NCBI GenBank assembly: GCA_030037885.1
Contig: JASHPU010000014.1
Span: 15,986 to 79,985, forward strand
Reading direction: 5' to 3'
From: Xanthobacteraceae bacterium
Lineage (GTDB): Bacteria > Pseudomonadota > Alphaproteobacteria > Rhizobiales > Xanthobacteraceae
Length of the DNA stretch: 64,000 nt
In this document: positions 1-11,559 of the stretch, in pieces
How the letters are laid out: each line of letters begins with the position of its first letter
Position numbering within the stretch: position 1 is the stretch's first letter
Program-made: the position numbers and the translations under genes
The notes under the pieces: model-generated
Seen by the model: the letters and a program-made list of their open reading frames with translations, nothing else
What the model was told of the DNA's origin: nothing
Database searches by the model: none

Positions 1-357
1 TACGCACGGCTCAAGCTTGCCGGATTGGAGGAAGCGCCCTGCCATCTGGCGGTGTTTGCCGATCGCTCGACGGCGCAAGGTCACAATCTCGGCCGCCACA
101 CCATGCCGGAGATGATCGAGTACTCGGCGGTCATTGCCGTGCACACGATCTGGCTCGCTGCCCGCGCCGAGGGCATCGGCATGGGCTGGATCTCGATCCT
201 CGATCCGCGGGTGGTCGCGGCGACGCTCGAGGTGCCGGCCGACTGGAAATTCATCGGCTATTTCTGTCTCGGCTATCCGCAGTCCGACGAGCACGTTCCC
301 GAGCTGGAGCGAAGCGGATGGGAGCGGCGCCGCCTGCCGGTTGTCAGCCGCCGCTGA
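1..357 (+). CDS. Nitroreductase-fold protein, BluB-like (5,6-dimethylbenzimidazole synthase-like); 5' end cut by window edge
   Basis: The frame is open from the window start to the stop at 357. The C-terminal sequence IWLAARAEGIGMGWISILDP...FIGYFCLGYP resembles BluB/nitroreductase C-termini. Confidence 0.55.
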   Translation, partial: YARLKLAGLEEAPCHLAVFADRSTAQGHNLGRHTMPEMIEYSAVIAVHTIWLAARAEGIGMGWISILDPRVVAATLEVPADWKFIGYFCLGYPQSDEHVPELERSGWERRRLPVVSRR

Positions 358-395
358 AAGCCGTCCGAAGACTGACGCACAAATGCGAGCGCCGG

Positions 396-989
396 TCAGG
401 GGTGCGCCGCCATGTAATGCGCCAGCGCCTGCATCTCGCTGTCGCCCAGCCCATACACCACGTCCGCCATCGACGCCACGCCGGACCCGACGCGCGCCCC
501 CGACTTGAAGTCGCGCAGTGCCTTGAGGAGGACGTCCTCGCGTTGGCCGGCCAATCGCGCCGTCGGCCCGATGCCCGCATAATCCTCGCCGTGGCACGAG
601 CTGCAGCGCTGCTGCGCGGCAAGCTTGCCGCCCGTCAGCGCGAGGGCGTCGGGCGGCGCGTCGGGCGGCTTTGGCGGCGGCAGCGACGCGTAATAGGCGC
701 CAAGATTGCGTATCTGGTCGTTGTCGAGCGACTTGGCGATCGGCTCCATCACCTCGCTCTTTCTCGTGCCGCTGCGAAAATACACCAGTTGCCACTGCGT
801 GAAATCGTCCGGCTCGCCGGCCAGCGACGGCACGAGCGGGGTGCGCGAAATACCGTTCTCGCCGTGGCAGACGGCGCATCCCACAGCTTTTGCCTTGCCG
901 GCCGCCACATCGGCTGCCGCTACCGGGGCGCATTGCAGAAAGAAAGCAGCCGCGCCGCAACCGAGCAAAAGAATGACAGCGTTCGTCAT
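396..989 (-). CDS. Diheme cytochrome c (c4-like), periplasmic
   Basis: Two CxxCH haem motifs (CAVCHGENG, CSSCHGED). Signal-peptide-like N-terminus from the ATG at 989 (MTNAVILLLGCGAAAFF). Lies downstream of a PQQ-type dehydrogenase. Confidence 0.8.
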   Translation of the reverse strand: MTNAVILLLGCGAAAFFLQCAPVAAADVAAGKAKAVGCAVCHGENGISRTPLVPSLAGEPDDFTQWQLVYFRSGTRKSEVMEPIAKSLDNDQIRNLGAYYASLPPPKPPDAPPDALALTGGKLAAQQRCSSCHGEDYAGIGPTARLAGQREDVLLKALRDFKSGARVGSGVASMADVVYGLGDSEMQALAHYMAAHP

Positions 990-1095
990 GGCAGGTTCAC
1001 AACGAGCCGGGCCAAGCCAGAGTTTCCGGCTTGGCCCGGGTCGATCCATCGAGACTGCGATCCGTCCAATCAAATCGACGACCGCCCGCGGCGGA

Positions 1096-2385
1096 TCACT
1101 GGCTATAGCTGATCCGGTAGATGGCACCGTTGAAGTCGTCGGCGACCATCAGAGAACCGTCTTTCGCCACCAGGACGTCATTGGGCCGGCCGCGATACTG
1201 GTTGCCGGGTCCGATCCATCCGGACGCGAACACGACCTGCTTGGCGTGCTTGCCGTCCGGATCGACGGTGACCTGCGTGAGGTTGCCACCGTCGTATGTG
1301 AGCCGATTCCAGGAACCATGCTCGGCGATGATGATGCTGTTCTTGTAGCTCGCCGGGAACTGATTGCCGGTGTAGAACTTCATGCCGAGCGGCGCCACGT
1401 GCGGACCGAGTTTCACGATCGGCGGAGCGAATTCCGAGCATTTGTGGCCCATGGCGAATTTGGGATCCGGAATGTCGCCTTGGTGACAGTATGGATAGCC
1501 GAAATCCTCGCCGATGTGCGCGAGATGGTTGAGCTTGTCGCTCGGCTTGTCCTCGCCGAGCCAGTCGCGCGCGTTCTCGGTGAACCAGTAGTCGCCGGTG
1601 CGCGGATCGACGTCGCCGCCGACGCTCATGCGGATGCCGAGCCCGACGATTTCAGCAGTGCCGTCCGCCGGATTGATGTGCCGAAGTTGCGCCGTCGAGG
1701 TCGGCGGCAGGCAGATGTTGCACGGCGGACCGAAGTCCACATAGAGCCAGCCGTTCTTGTCGAACGTCAGATACTTCCAGCCATGCGGAATATAAGGCGG
1801 CATATCGTCATAGACGATCGTCGGCTGCGGCATGTGGTCGAGGTTGGCCTCGGCGTTGTCGTATTTGTAGATCTTGTCGACATCGGCGACATACAGCGCG
1901 CCGTCCCGGAACGCGATGCCGCTCGGCAGGTGCAGACCCTTGATGATGGTCTTGACCGTGCGCTGGCCGCCTTCGTCTACGACCGCGTGAACGGTGCCGC
2001 CGCCGGCAAACAGCGAGCCGACGAACAGCGTGCCTTTATCGCCCCATGCCATCTGTCGCGCATCGGTGACGCCGCTCGCCCATAATTCAATCTTGAAGCC
2101 GGGCGGCAGCTTGATGTCCTTCAGCTTGGCCTCGATCTGGTCTTTGCTGAACCCGGTCGGCGGCGGCATGGTTTTTAGATAATTGGTGCCCTTCAGCTCC
2201 TTGGTCTCATCGCCCATGAACCAGTCGCTCGGCGGGTGCAGCCAGAAATTTTTGTTGTTGGAATCGTAATGCTTGAGTTCCTGCGTTCTCGCGCCGGATG
2301 CAAATAGGAAGCCGGCCAACGCCACCGCAGCGGTGGCGGCGATGGCCGCCGCCGGTTTCATTTTTAGTTTCGCTACCAAACTCAT
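1096..2385 (-). CDS. PQQ-dependent sugar (sorbosone/glucose) dehydrogenase family protein
   Basis: 430-aa beta-propeller-like sequence typical of soluble PQQ sugar dehydrogenases, with a signal peptide. GGGAGG lies 6 nt upstream of the ATG at 2385 (MSLVAKLKMKP). Confidence 0.7.
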   Translation of the reverse strand: MSLVAKLKMKPAAAIAATAAVALAGFLFASGARTQELKHYDSNNKNFWLHPPSDWFMGDETKELKGTNYLKTMPPPTGFSKDQIEAKLKDIKLPPGFKIELWASGVTDARQMAWGDKGTLFVGSLFAGGGTVHAVVDEGGQRTVKTIIKGLHLPSGIAFRDGALYVADVDKIYKYDNAEANLDHMPQPTIVYDDMPPYIPHGWKYLTFDKNGWLYVDFGPPCNICLPPTSTAQLRHINPADGTAEIVGLGIRMSVGGDVDPRTGDYWFTENARDWLGEDKPSDKLNHLAHIGEDFGYPYCHQGDIPDPKFAMGHKCSEFAPPIVKLGPHVAPLGMKFYTGNQFPASYKNSIIIAEHGSWNRLTYDGGNLTQVTVDPDGKHAKQVVFASGWIGPGNQYRGRPNDVLVAKDGSLMVADDFNGAIYRISYSQ

Positions 2386-2959
2386 GTGTTTCCTCCCTTG
2401 GGCGCCACGCTCCGCCATGCCAGGCACGCGATGCCGCCGTAGGCAGCCAACGAAAGCGCAGGTGTCGGAGCGAGCAGCGTGACTTGACCGGCCGGCGGGC
2501 CTATCGGCGGCCTACGCTCTGATGATGTCGCGTCCCGTCGCCCAGCCTTAATGTACATCGGGCTGCCCATCACCCAGCCGTCCAGCCGTCCAGCGCATCG
2601 AGGGTACGTCACTTTCGCCATGTGTCAAGCAGTACGCCTGGATATCCGGCGGGCGACGGCGCACCTGCCGGCGGGACGCTGCGCAGCGGGGTCTTCGCGT
2701 ACACTTAGGATTGCGTTTTGATGTACACCAAGGCTGCCTCTTGTGGATTGCGGCGGCCGACCAGGGGGCGCATTTTCGCGACAGTACATTCGAGCCGTTC
2801 GGTGTGACAGACACTGTTTTTAAGCTCGGCGACGCTCAACAGCCCGCTCCTCGGCACTTCAGTCTTGCAAGGAGGCCGGCAAAAGCGCGAATATTCACGT
2901 CCAACTGGGCGCCGTTTGGGAAAATCGCGGCTTTCGTGGCACGAAACGGGGAGGATCTG

Positions 2960-3433
2960 GTGAGAATCAATCGCGCGACCGCGGCAGCGCTTTGGCTGGC
3001 AGTAATTGCGGCCGCGATGGTGGGGCCGAAGGTGATCGGGCTCGCGTCCGCGGCAAATCCCGCCGCTAATCCGTTGGGCACTTGGTATACGCAAGGAAAC
3101 GAGAGCCAAGTCCGCATCACCAATTGCGGCAATGCGATCTGCGGCAGCATCGTGTGGCTGAAAGAGCCGAATGACCCTAAAACCGGGAAGCCGAAGACCG
3201 ACAAGGACAACGCCGACGCCGCCAAGCGCAAGCGGCCGTTGCTCGGCGTCGAAATCGTGCTCGGCCTGAAGCCGAGCGGCACGGCCGATCAATGGAAAGG
3301 TCAGGTTTACAACCCCAAGGACGGCAACACCTACACCGGTTATTTCACTATGACCGGCGCGAATAATGCCGAGCTGAAAGGCTGCGCCTTGGGCTTCATC
3401 TGCAAGTCGCAAGCCTGGACGCGGGTGAAGTAA
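2960..3433 (+). CDS. DUF2147 domain protein, secreted
   Basis: GTWYTQ...VRITNCGNAICGSIVWLKEP...QVYNPKDGNTY matches the DUF2147 pattern. GTG start at 2960 follows GGGGAGGA, and a signal peptide follows the start. Confidence 0.7.
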   Translation: MRINRATAAALWLAVIAAAMVGPKVIGLASAANPAANPLGTWYTQGNESQVRITNCGNAICGSIVWLKEPNDPKTGKPKTDKDNADAAKRKRPLLGVEIVLGLKPSGTADQWKGQVYNPKDGNTYTGYFTMTGANNAELKGCALGFICKSQAWTRVK

Positions 3434-3821
3434 AAACCATATCCTGCGGTTGCGGGAGAAAAACGGCGAAAGGCGGCGCCGGATCGACGGCTGCTCGAGC
3501 TTTGCCTTAGCATCGTCGCGGCTTCGAAATTATTGATACAGTCAGATCGGATGTCGCCCGAAAGGCGCGACCTCCGCTCGACTCCATGCGGGCAAAAGCG
3601 CTCTCTCTTCTCCGAACTTCTTCTGTAATATTTACAAGTTCCGACGCCGTCCGATCGCGGACCTGACCCACTGCTCGACAACGGGGTCTCGATCCGTCCG
3701 CAATGATCGCTGTTTGCGGGCTCAACCAGTCTCGGCGGCGGCCGCAAAGTCGTCTATAATCGTTCCACAACCCGTTGGAGAATGGGTTCGACGGCGGTTC
3801 CTGGCGAGGAACGTGGACTCG

Positions 3822-5099
3822 ATGCCTGTCGCTTATGAGACTTGGCTTGTCCTGCTCTCGATCGTGATGGCGATCCAGGGAGCTTATGTGGGCCTGAGCT
3901 TGGCGGTGCAGATCGGCACTGCCACGGGCATGCGGCGGCGCCTGCTATTGGCCGGCGCCGCGTTGTCGCTCGCCGTCGGTATCTGGACCATGCACTTCGT
4001 CGGAATGCTGGCGGCGCGTATGCCTTTCCAGGTCGATTATCTGGTGTTTCCGACGCTGCTGTCGTTTCTCGTCTGCGTCATCGTGGTTGGCGCCGCAGTT
4101 TACGCCACGAGTTCGGGCCCGTTGACGATGTTGCGCTTGACCTTGTCGGCTTGCCTCATGGGCGGCGGCATCTTCACCATGCACTACATCGGCATGAGCG
4201 CGCTCAGCGACAGCGCCTACATGATTCATGACCGGTATTTTGTCGCCGCCAGCATGGCCGTCGCGATCGCGGCATCCGGATTGGCGCTTTGGCTTGCCGC
4301 TGGCGGCGGCGGTCGCCCGCCGCTCATCCTTTCGGCGGTCGCCTTCGGTTTTGCGGTTTCGGGAATGCACTACACGGCCATGGAAGGCGTGACGCTCCTG
4401 CCTTTCCCATCGGGCCCCGCCGGCGCACCGGCGCTGTCGACCGCTCTCTTGGCGATTGTCGTTGCTATCGTCGCGTTCTGCCTCTCCGGGATATTCCTGT
4501 TGTTCCTCGTGCCCGATCCCGACCGCGCTCTGTCGACATCCACGCGGTGGGGCGCCGCAGATGTGGCGTCCGAGCCGGTGCGGGAGGTCGCGGAAGCGCC
4601 AGAATCACCGGCGCCTCGCAACGCTGTCCACAAAGACAATGGTGTCCAACCGGAATTCGGGCGCGGAACGTACGCGCCGTTGGGCGGCATGGGTGGACCG
4701 CCGCGCCGCTTTGCGCGCCATTTGCCCATCGAGCGCCGTGGCGGCACCCAGTTTCTTCCTGTCGACGAGGTCGTCGCGATCCACGCCAATTCGCACTACA
4801 CTTTTATCTTCGACGGCACCGATAAGCTGTTTTGCCCGCTCGCTATCGGCGAGGTCGAATCGCGGCTCGACAACAGCCGGTTCGTCCGCATCCACCGCAG
4901 CCATATCGTCAATATCGAGCGGGTCATCGGCTACAAGCGCTCCGGCGACCATGAGATGGTCGAAATGGATACGGCCCACGATTACGCGGTGCCCATCAGC
5001 CGCAGCCGGGTCGGCTGGCTCAAAACACGGGTCGCCGCAGTCATGGCGGCCCAACCCAGCACCGCTCAGGGTCGACGCCATCCTCTTGCATCGCAATAA
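3822..5099 (+). CDS. coxC: MHYT-domain membrane sensor fused to a LytTR DNA-binding domain (CoxC-like regulator)
   Basis: Three MHYT-type motifs in TM helices (MHFVGM, MHYIGM, MHYTAM). C-terminal LytTR signature (LPVDEVVAIHANSHYTFIF...RIHRSHIVNI). Sits directly upstream of coxMSL, as in Oligotropha carboxidovorans. The start at 3822 is chosen at the first TM segment. Confidence 0.75.
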   Translation: MPVAYETWLVLLSIVMAIQGAYVGLSLAVQIGTATGMRRRLLLAGAALSLAVGIWTMHFVGMLAARMPFQVDYLVFPTLLSFLVCVIVVGAAVYATSSGPLTMLRLTLSACLMGGGIFTMHYIGMSALSDSAYMIHDRYFVAASMAVAIAASGLALWLAAGGGGRPPLILSAVAFGFAVSGMHYTAMEGVTLLPFPSGPAGAPALSTALLAIVVAIVAFCLSGIFLLFLVPDPDRALSTSTRWGAADVASEPVREVAEAPESPAPRNAVHKDNGVQPEFGRGTYAPLGGMGGPPRRFARHLPIERRGGTQFLPVDEVVAIHANSHYTFIFDGTDKLFCPLAIGEVESRLDNSRFVRIHRSHIVNIERVIGYKRSGDHEMVEMDTAHDYAVPISRSRVGWLKTRVAAVMAAQPSTAQGRRHPLASQ

Positions 5100-5161
5100 A
5101 CGCGGCTTAGACGTAGGCTTTGCCAGTCAATTTGCGCCTGCTGATGTGTCAGCATACCTGA

Positions 5162-5194
5162 CGCAATTCGTGCAATCGCAGCGCAATTCGTGCA
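5162..5194. promoter_or_regulatory. Perfect 13-bp direct repeat CGCAATTCGTGCA x2 with a 20-bp period; candidate LytTR operator upstream of coxM
   Basis: Copies at 5162-5174 and 5182-5194, read directly from the sequence. They lie between the LytTR regulator gene and coxM. Confidence 0.4.
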
Positions 5195-5388
5195 GCGGCC
5201 TCACTTTCCGTGAAATGCTAGTCCTTATTGGTGCAACGGTCCTTGCTTGCTGCACCACACAAAGCGGCTTAACTTCGACCATCAAGGACTAAGCGATCAA
5301 GAGAATCGCCCAACGCATATCGTCGTCGCGCCCCACCGGGTCGGGATGACGAGCCCGGTCGGGCGGCGCGGATAGAGGGAGGATGCCC

Positions 5389-6255
5389 ATGATCCCTGGG
5401 TCGTTTGAATATCATCGCCCGTCATCGGTGCAGGAAGCCTTGGGCCTTCTCGCCAAGTGGGGCGACGATGGTCGCGCCATTGCCGGCGGCCATAGTCTTA
5501 TTCCGATGATGAAGCTGCGTTTGGCGAAGCCGGCGCATTTGGTCGATCTCCGCGACATTGCCGATCTCAAAGGTATCCGCGCCGACGGCAACGACATCGT
5601 GATAGGCGCCATGACGACGCAGTACGAACTGATTGGCTCGAACTTGCTGGTATCGAAGATTCCGATCTTGCGCGAGACGTCGTTGCAGGTGGCCGATCCG
5701 CAAGTGCGCTACGTGGGCACGCTCGGCGGCAATGTGGCCAACGGCGATCCCGGCAACGACATGCCGGCGGTCATGATGTGCCTCGGCGCCACCTATCACG
5801 TCATGGGCAAGGCTGGCGAACGGCGCGTCGCCGCGCGCGAGTTCTATCAGGGCGCTTACTTCACCGCCCTGGAAGCGGGCGACCTGCTGACCGCCGTGCG
5901 CATTCCCATGCCGCCTGCAGGGCACGGCTACGCCTATGAAAAGCTCAAGCGCAAGATCGGCGACTACGCGACCGCGGCCGCCGCAGTCGTGCTGACCATG
6001 AGCGGCGGCAAGGTGGCGAGCTGCTCGATCGGGCTCACCAACGTTGCCGAAACGCCGCTCTGGGCCGAGGAGGCGGCGAAAATCCTCAACGGCTCATCAC
6101 TGGATGCCGCGACGGTCAAGCGAGCCGTCGCCGCCGCCGAGGCGATCACGGCGCCGGCCGCCGACGCGCGCGGTCCCGCGGCCTATCGGACCAAGATGGC
6201 GGGCGTCATGCTCACGCGGGCATTGGCGCGCGCCAAATCCAAAGCTCACGGCTAG
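5389..6255 (+). CDS. coxM: CO dehydrogenase medium (FAD-binding) subunit
   Basis: [11 protein letters not shown]...[17 protein letters not shown] is the FAD-binding molybdopterin dehydrogenase pattern. GAGGGAGG lies 6-7 nt upstream of the ATG at 5389. Confidence 0.9.
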   Translation: MIPGSFEYHRPSSVQEALGLLAKWGDDGRAIAGGHSLIPMMKLRLAKPAHLVDLRDIADLKGIRADGNDIVIGAMTTQYELIGSNLLVSKIPILRETSLQVADPQVRYVGTLGGNVANGDPGNDMPAVMMCLGATYHVMGKAGERRVAAREFYQGAYFTALEAGDLLTAVRIPMPPAGHGYAYEKLKRKIGDYATAAAAVVLTMSGGKVASCSIGLTNVAETPLWAEEAAKILNGSSLDAATVKRAVAAAEAITAPAADARGPAAYRTKMAGVMLTRALARAKSKAHG

Positions 6256-6268
6256 CGGGGGACGACCA

Positions 6269-6765
6269 ATGGCCAAATCTCAAGTCGCCATGACAGTGAA
6301 CGGCACGACCGTCGAAGCGCTGGTCGAGCCGCGCACGTTGTTGATCCATTTCCTGCGCGAGGAGCTCAGGCTCACCGGTCCGCATATAGGGTGCGAAACC
6401 AGCCATTGCGGCGCCTGCACGGTCGATCTGAACGGCAAGTCGGTGAAGAGCTGCACTATGTTTGCGGTGCAGGCGAACGGCGCCGACATCCGGACCATCG
6501 AGGGCATGGCGAATCCCGACGGCACGCTGCATGCGCTGCAGGAAGGTTTTCGCGAAATGCACGGGCTGCAGTGTGGCTTCTGCACGCCGGGGATGGTCAC
6601 CCGCGCCTACCGGCTGCTTCAGGAAAACAACAATCCGAGCGAGGAAGAAATCCGCTTCGGCATTGCCGGCAACCTCTGCCGTTGCACCGGCTATCAGAAC
6701 ATCGTCAAGGCCATTCAATACGCCGCCGCGAAGCTCAACGGCGTGCCTTTCCAGGAGGCCGCAGA

Positions 6766-6769
<4 letters not shown>
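6269..6769 (+). CDS. coxS: CO dehydrogenase small ([2Fe-2S]) subunit
   Basis: Both 2Fe-2S cysteine clusters are present ([11 protein letters not shown]; CGFCTPG...CRCTGY). ATG at 6269. Confidence 0.92.
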
Positions 6770-9186
<2,417 letters not shown>

Positions 9187-9342
9187 ATCGATACGGCCGG
9201 GACACCATATGCCTGTTACCGTCACCCTGATGTGGCTGCGAAGCGGCCCGCGAAAGGCGACGGCCCGGTCCGTTCATCCTTCGAGGCGCGCTGCCCTCGC
9301 CCCTCACGATGACGGTCGCGGGCGGCGCCACGGGCCGCTCAC

Positions 9343-10218
9343 ATGAAGCGCGAAGAGATTTCCGAGAAGCTTGCCGCGGTCGGCTATATCGCCGATCGCG
9401 ACATCGCCACGGCGTTGTGGCTGATGGACTTCCTTAAACGACCGCTGCTGCTCGAAGGCGAAGCCGGTGTCGGCAAGACCGAAGTCGGCAAGGCGCTTGC
9501 CGCCGTCCACGGTACCGAACTGATCCGGCTGCAGTGTTACGAGGGCCTCGATCAGAACGCCGCGCTCTATGAGTGGAATTATCAGCGCCAGCTCCTTGCC
9601 ATAAAAACCCGCGAGGGCGCCAGCGCGAACGCCGACGCGATCGAGGAGCACATCTTCTCGGAGAAATACCTGCTGGAGCGACCGCTCTTGGCCGCCATCC
9701 GCCGCGCAACGCCGCCGGTGCTGCTGATCGATGAAGTTGACCGCGCCGACGAGGAGTTCGAGGCGTTTCTGCTCGAGCTGCTCTCCGACTTCCAGGTCAG
9801 CATTCCGGAGCTTGGCACGATCAAGGCCATCGCGGTGCCGCGCGTCGTGCTCACCTCCAACGGTACGCGCGAGCTGTCCGACGCGCTTCGCCGGCGCTGT
9901 CTCTATCACTATGTCGAGTTCCCCGATGTGGATCGCGAAGCAAAAATCATCCTGACCCGCACGCCCGGGATCGACGCCGCGCTCGCCTTGCAGATCGCGC
10001 GCATGGTGGGCGCCGTGCGCAAGGAGGACTTGCGCAAAGTGCCCGGCATTGCCGAGACCCTGGACTGGGCGGCGACGCTCGCCGGCCTCGAAGTGCACGA
10101 TCTGCGGCAGGAACCTGAAGCCGTCTACGAGACGATGGTTTGTTTGGTCAAGACGCATGAAGACCGCGCCCGCGTGACCCGTGAGGTGAGCGAGCGCCTG
10201 CTGGGGAAGGTGGCGTGA
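9343..10218 (+). CDS. coxD: MoxR-like AAA+ ATPase CoxD (CODH maturation)
   Basis: Walker A GEAGVGKT, Walker B LLIDEVDRA, MoxR-type sequence, and position after coxL. Confidence 0.88.
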   Translation: MKREEISEKLAAVGYIADRDIATALWLMDFLKRPLLLEGEAGVGKTEVGKALAAVHGTELIRLQCYEGLDQNAALYEWNYQRQLLAIKTREGASANADAIEEHIFSEKYLLERPLLAAIRRATPPVLLIDEVDRADEEFEAFLLELLSDFQVSIPELGTIKAIAVPRVVLTSNGTRELSDALRRRCLYHYVEFPDVDREAKIILTRTPGIDAALALQIARMVGAVRKEDLRKVPGIAETLDWAATLAGLEVHDLRQEPEAVYETMVCLVKTHEDRARVTREVSERLLGKVA

Positions 10219-11463
10219 ATGAACGTTGGCCGCCCCACCACCGCCCGTTCCCGCGCAAGCGGAGGCGCAGATCTGGATTCCCGCTTGCGCGGGAATGAGC
10301 GGAGTGAGCCGGCATGCCGCCGGCTCGCCGGTTTTGCCCGAACGCTCCGCGACAACGGCTTCCGGGCCGGCCTTGCCGAAACGCGCGATGCGATGCGCGT
10401 GCTCGCGTCACCGGCGGCGCTGCGCGCCACGTCGTTCAAGTCGGCCTTGCGCGCCCTGTTCTGCGCGACCCATTCCGATTGGGAACGCTTCGACGAAATT
10501 TTTGATGCGTTTTGGCAAGGCCGTGACATGCGTTCGCGTCAGGTCCTTTCCGGGACGCCGAGTGCAAGTCACGCGCCGGCGCGCCGGCTTGCCGAGGCGA
10601 ACGTGCCGGCGGAGGCGCTCGGGCTTCCGGATCGACCGGAGCGGCGCAGCGAGGGCGATGACGAAAGCTCCGCCGGCGGCCGCAGCCAACGCGAAGGAGC
10701 GTCGCGCGCCGAAAATATTGCCCGCACCGACCTGCGCCACGTCGTCGATCCTGATGAGATCGCTGCGACCCACGCGCTTGCGGCACGACTGGCGCGGACC
10801 ATGCGTGCCCGGCTCGTGCGCCGCGAGCAGGTGCGCCGCCGCGGCCGTCGCCTCGACCTGCGCCGTACCATTCATCGAAACGTCTCGCGTGGCGGCACGC
10901 TGCTCGATCTCGCTTGGCGGCGGCGCAAGATCAAACCGCTGCGCCTCGTCGTCCTGCTCGACGCCTCCGGTTCGATGAGTCCCTACACAGCCTTCTTTGT
11001 CCGCTTCCTGCACGGCGTGGTCGATGCCTTCCGCGAGGCTGAAGCCTTTGTGTTCCACACCCGCCTCGCGCACGTCTCGCCGTCGCTGCGTGACCGCGAC
11101 GTGACGCGCGCCGTGGAAAAGCTCGCCCTGATGGCGCAGGGCATCGGCGGCGGTACGCGCATCGGCGAGAGCCTGGCCACCTTCAACCGCTGGCACGCGC
11201 GGCGGGTCATCAATTCGCGCACCGCACTGATGATCGTCTCCGACGGTTATGATACCGGCGAACCGGGACAGCTTGGCGAGGAAATGCGCCGGCTGCGCCG
11301 GCGTTGCCGCAGGATTATCTGGCTCAATCCGCTCATCGGCTGGCGCGATTACTCGCCGCAGGCGCGCGGCATGCAGGTGGCACTGCCTTATGTCGATCTT
11401 TTCGCGCCGGCGCACAATCTCGAAAGCCTGGCCGCCCTCGAGCCTTATCTGGCGAGGATATGA
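10219..11463 (+). CDS. coxE: VWA-domain protein CoxE (CODH maturation)
   Basis: The ATG abuts the coxD stop. MIDAS motif LLDASGSMS and CoxE-type C-terminus. The N-terminal codons run through a REP-like hairpin, so the exact start is uncertain. Confidence 0.8.
   Translation: MNVGRPTTARSRASGGADLDSRLRGNERSEPACRRLAGFARTLRDNGFRAGLAETRDAMRVLASPAALRATSFKSALRALFCATHSDWERFDEIFDAFWQGRDMRSRQVLSGTPSASHAPARRLAEANVPAEALGLPDRPERRSEGDDESSAGGRSQREGASRAENIARTDLRHVVDPDEIAATHALAARLARTMRARLVRREQVRRRGRRLDLRRTIHRNVSRGGTLLDLAWRRRKIKPLRLVVLLDASGSMSPYTAFFVRFLHGVVDAFREAEAFVFHTRLAHVSPSLRDRDVTRAVEKLALMAQGIGGGTRIGESLATFNRWHARRVINSRTALMIVSDGYDTGEPGQLGEEMRRLRRRCRRIIWLNPLIGWRDYSPQARGMQVALPYVDLFAPAHNLESLAALEPYLARI
10277..10305. 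repeat. REP-like hairpin (ATTCCCGC-TTGC-GCGGGAAT + GAGCGGAGT), copy 1, inside the coxE 5' coding region
   Basis: 8-bp stem with a 4-nt loop. Shares the 17-nt identical core GCGGGAATGAGCGGAGT with the copy at 11541-11557. Confidence 0.8.
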
Positions 11464-11528
11464 CGTGCGTTTGCGACGGAGGGGTTTGCCGCGCCAGGCG
11501 CGGACCCGCTGCTTCGAGTCAGTCTGGA

Positions 11529-11557
11529 ATTTCCGCCTTCGCGGGAATGAGCGGAGT
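11529..11557. repeat. REP-like hairpin, copy 2, immediately upstream of the coxF start
   Basis: ATTTCCGC-CTTC-GCGGGAAT followed by GAGCGGAGT. Same 17-nt core as copy 1. Confidence 0.8.
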
Positions 11558-11559
11558 TC

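Noticed and set aside
5228-5252. Sigma-54-like motif (TGGTGC...TTGC) upstream of coxM.
   Set aside because: The GG-to-GC spacing is 13 or 9 nt, depending on which GG is used, instead of the required 10. It does not fit a -24/-12 promoter.
6044-6765. N-terminal extensions of the coxS (from 6044) and coxL (from 6391) ORFs in the supplied track.
   Set aside because: The extensions overlap the preceding genes in other frames and are Arg/Pro-rich nonsense. The conserved protein sequences begin at the ATG at 6269 ([12 protein letters not shown]) and the ATG at 6766 ([14 protein letters not shown]), the latter coupled to the coxS stop.
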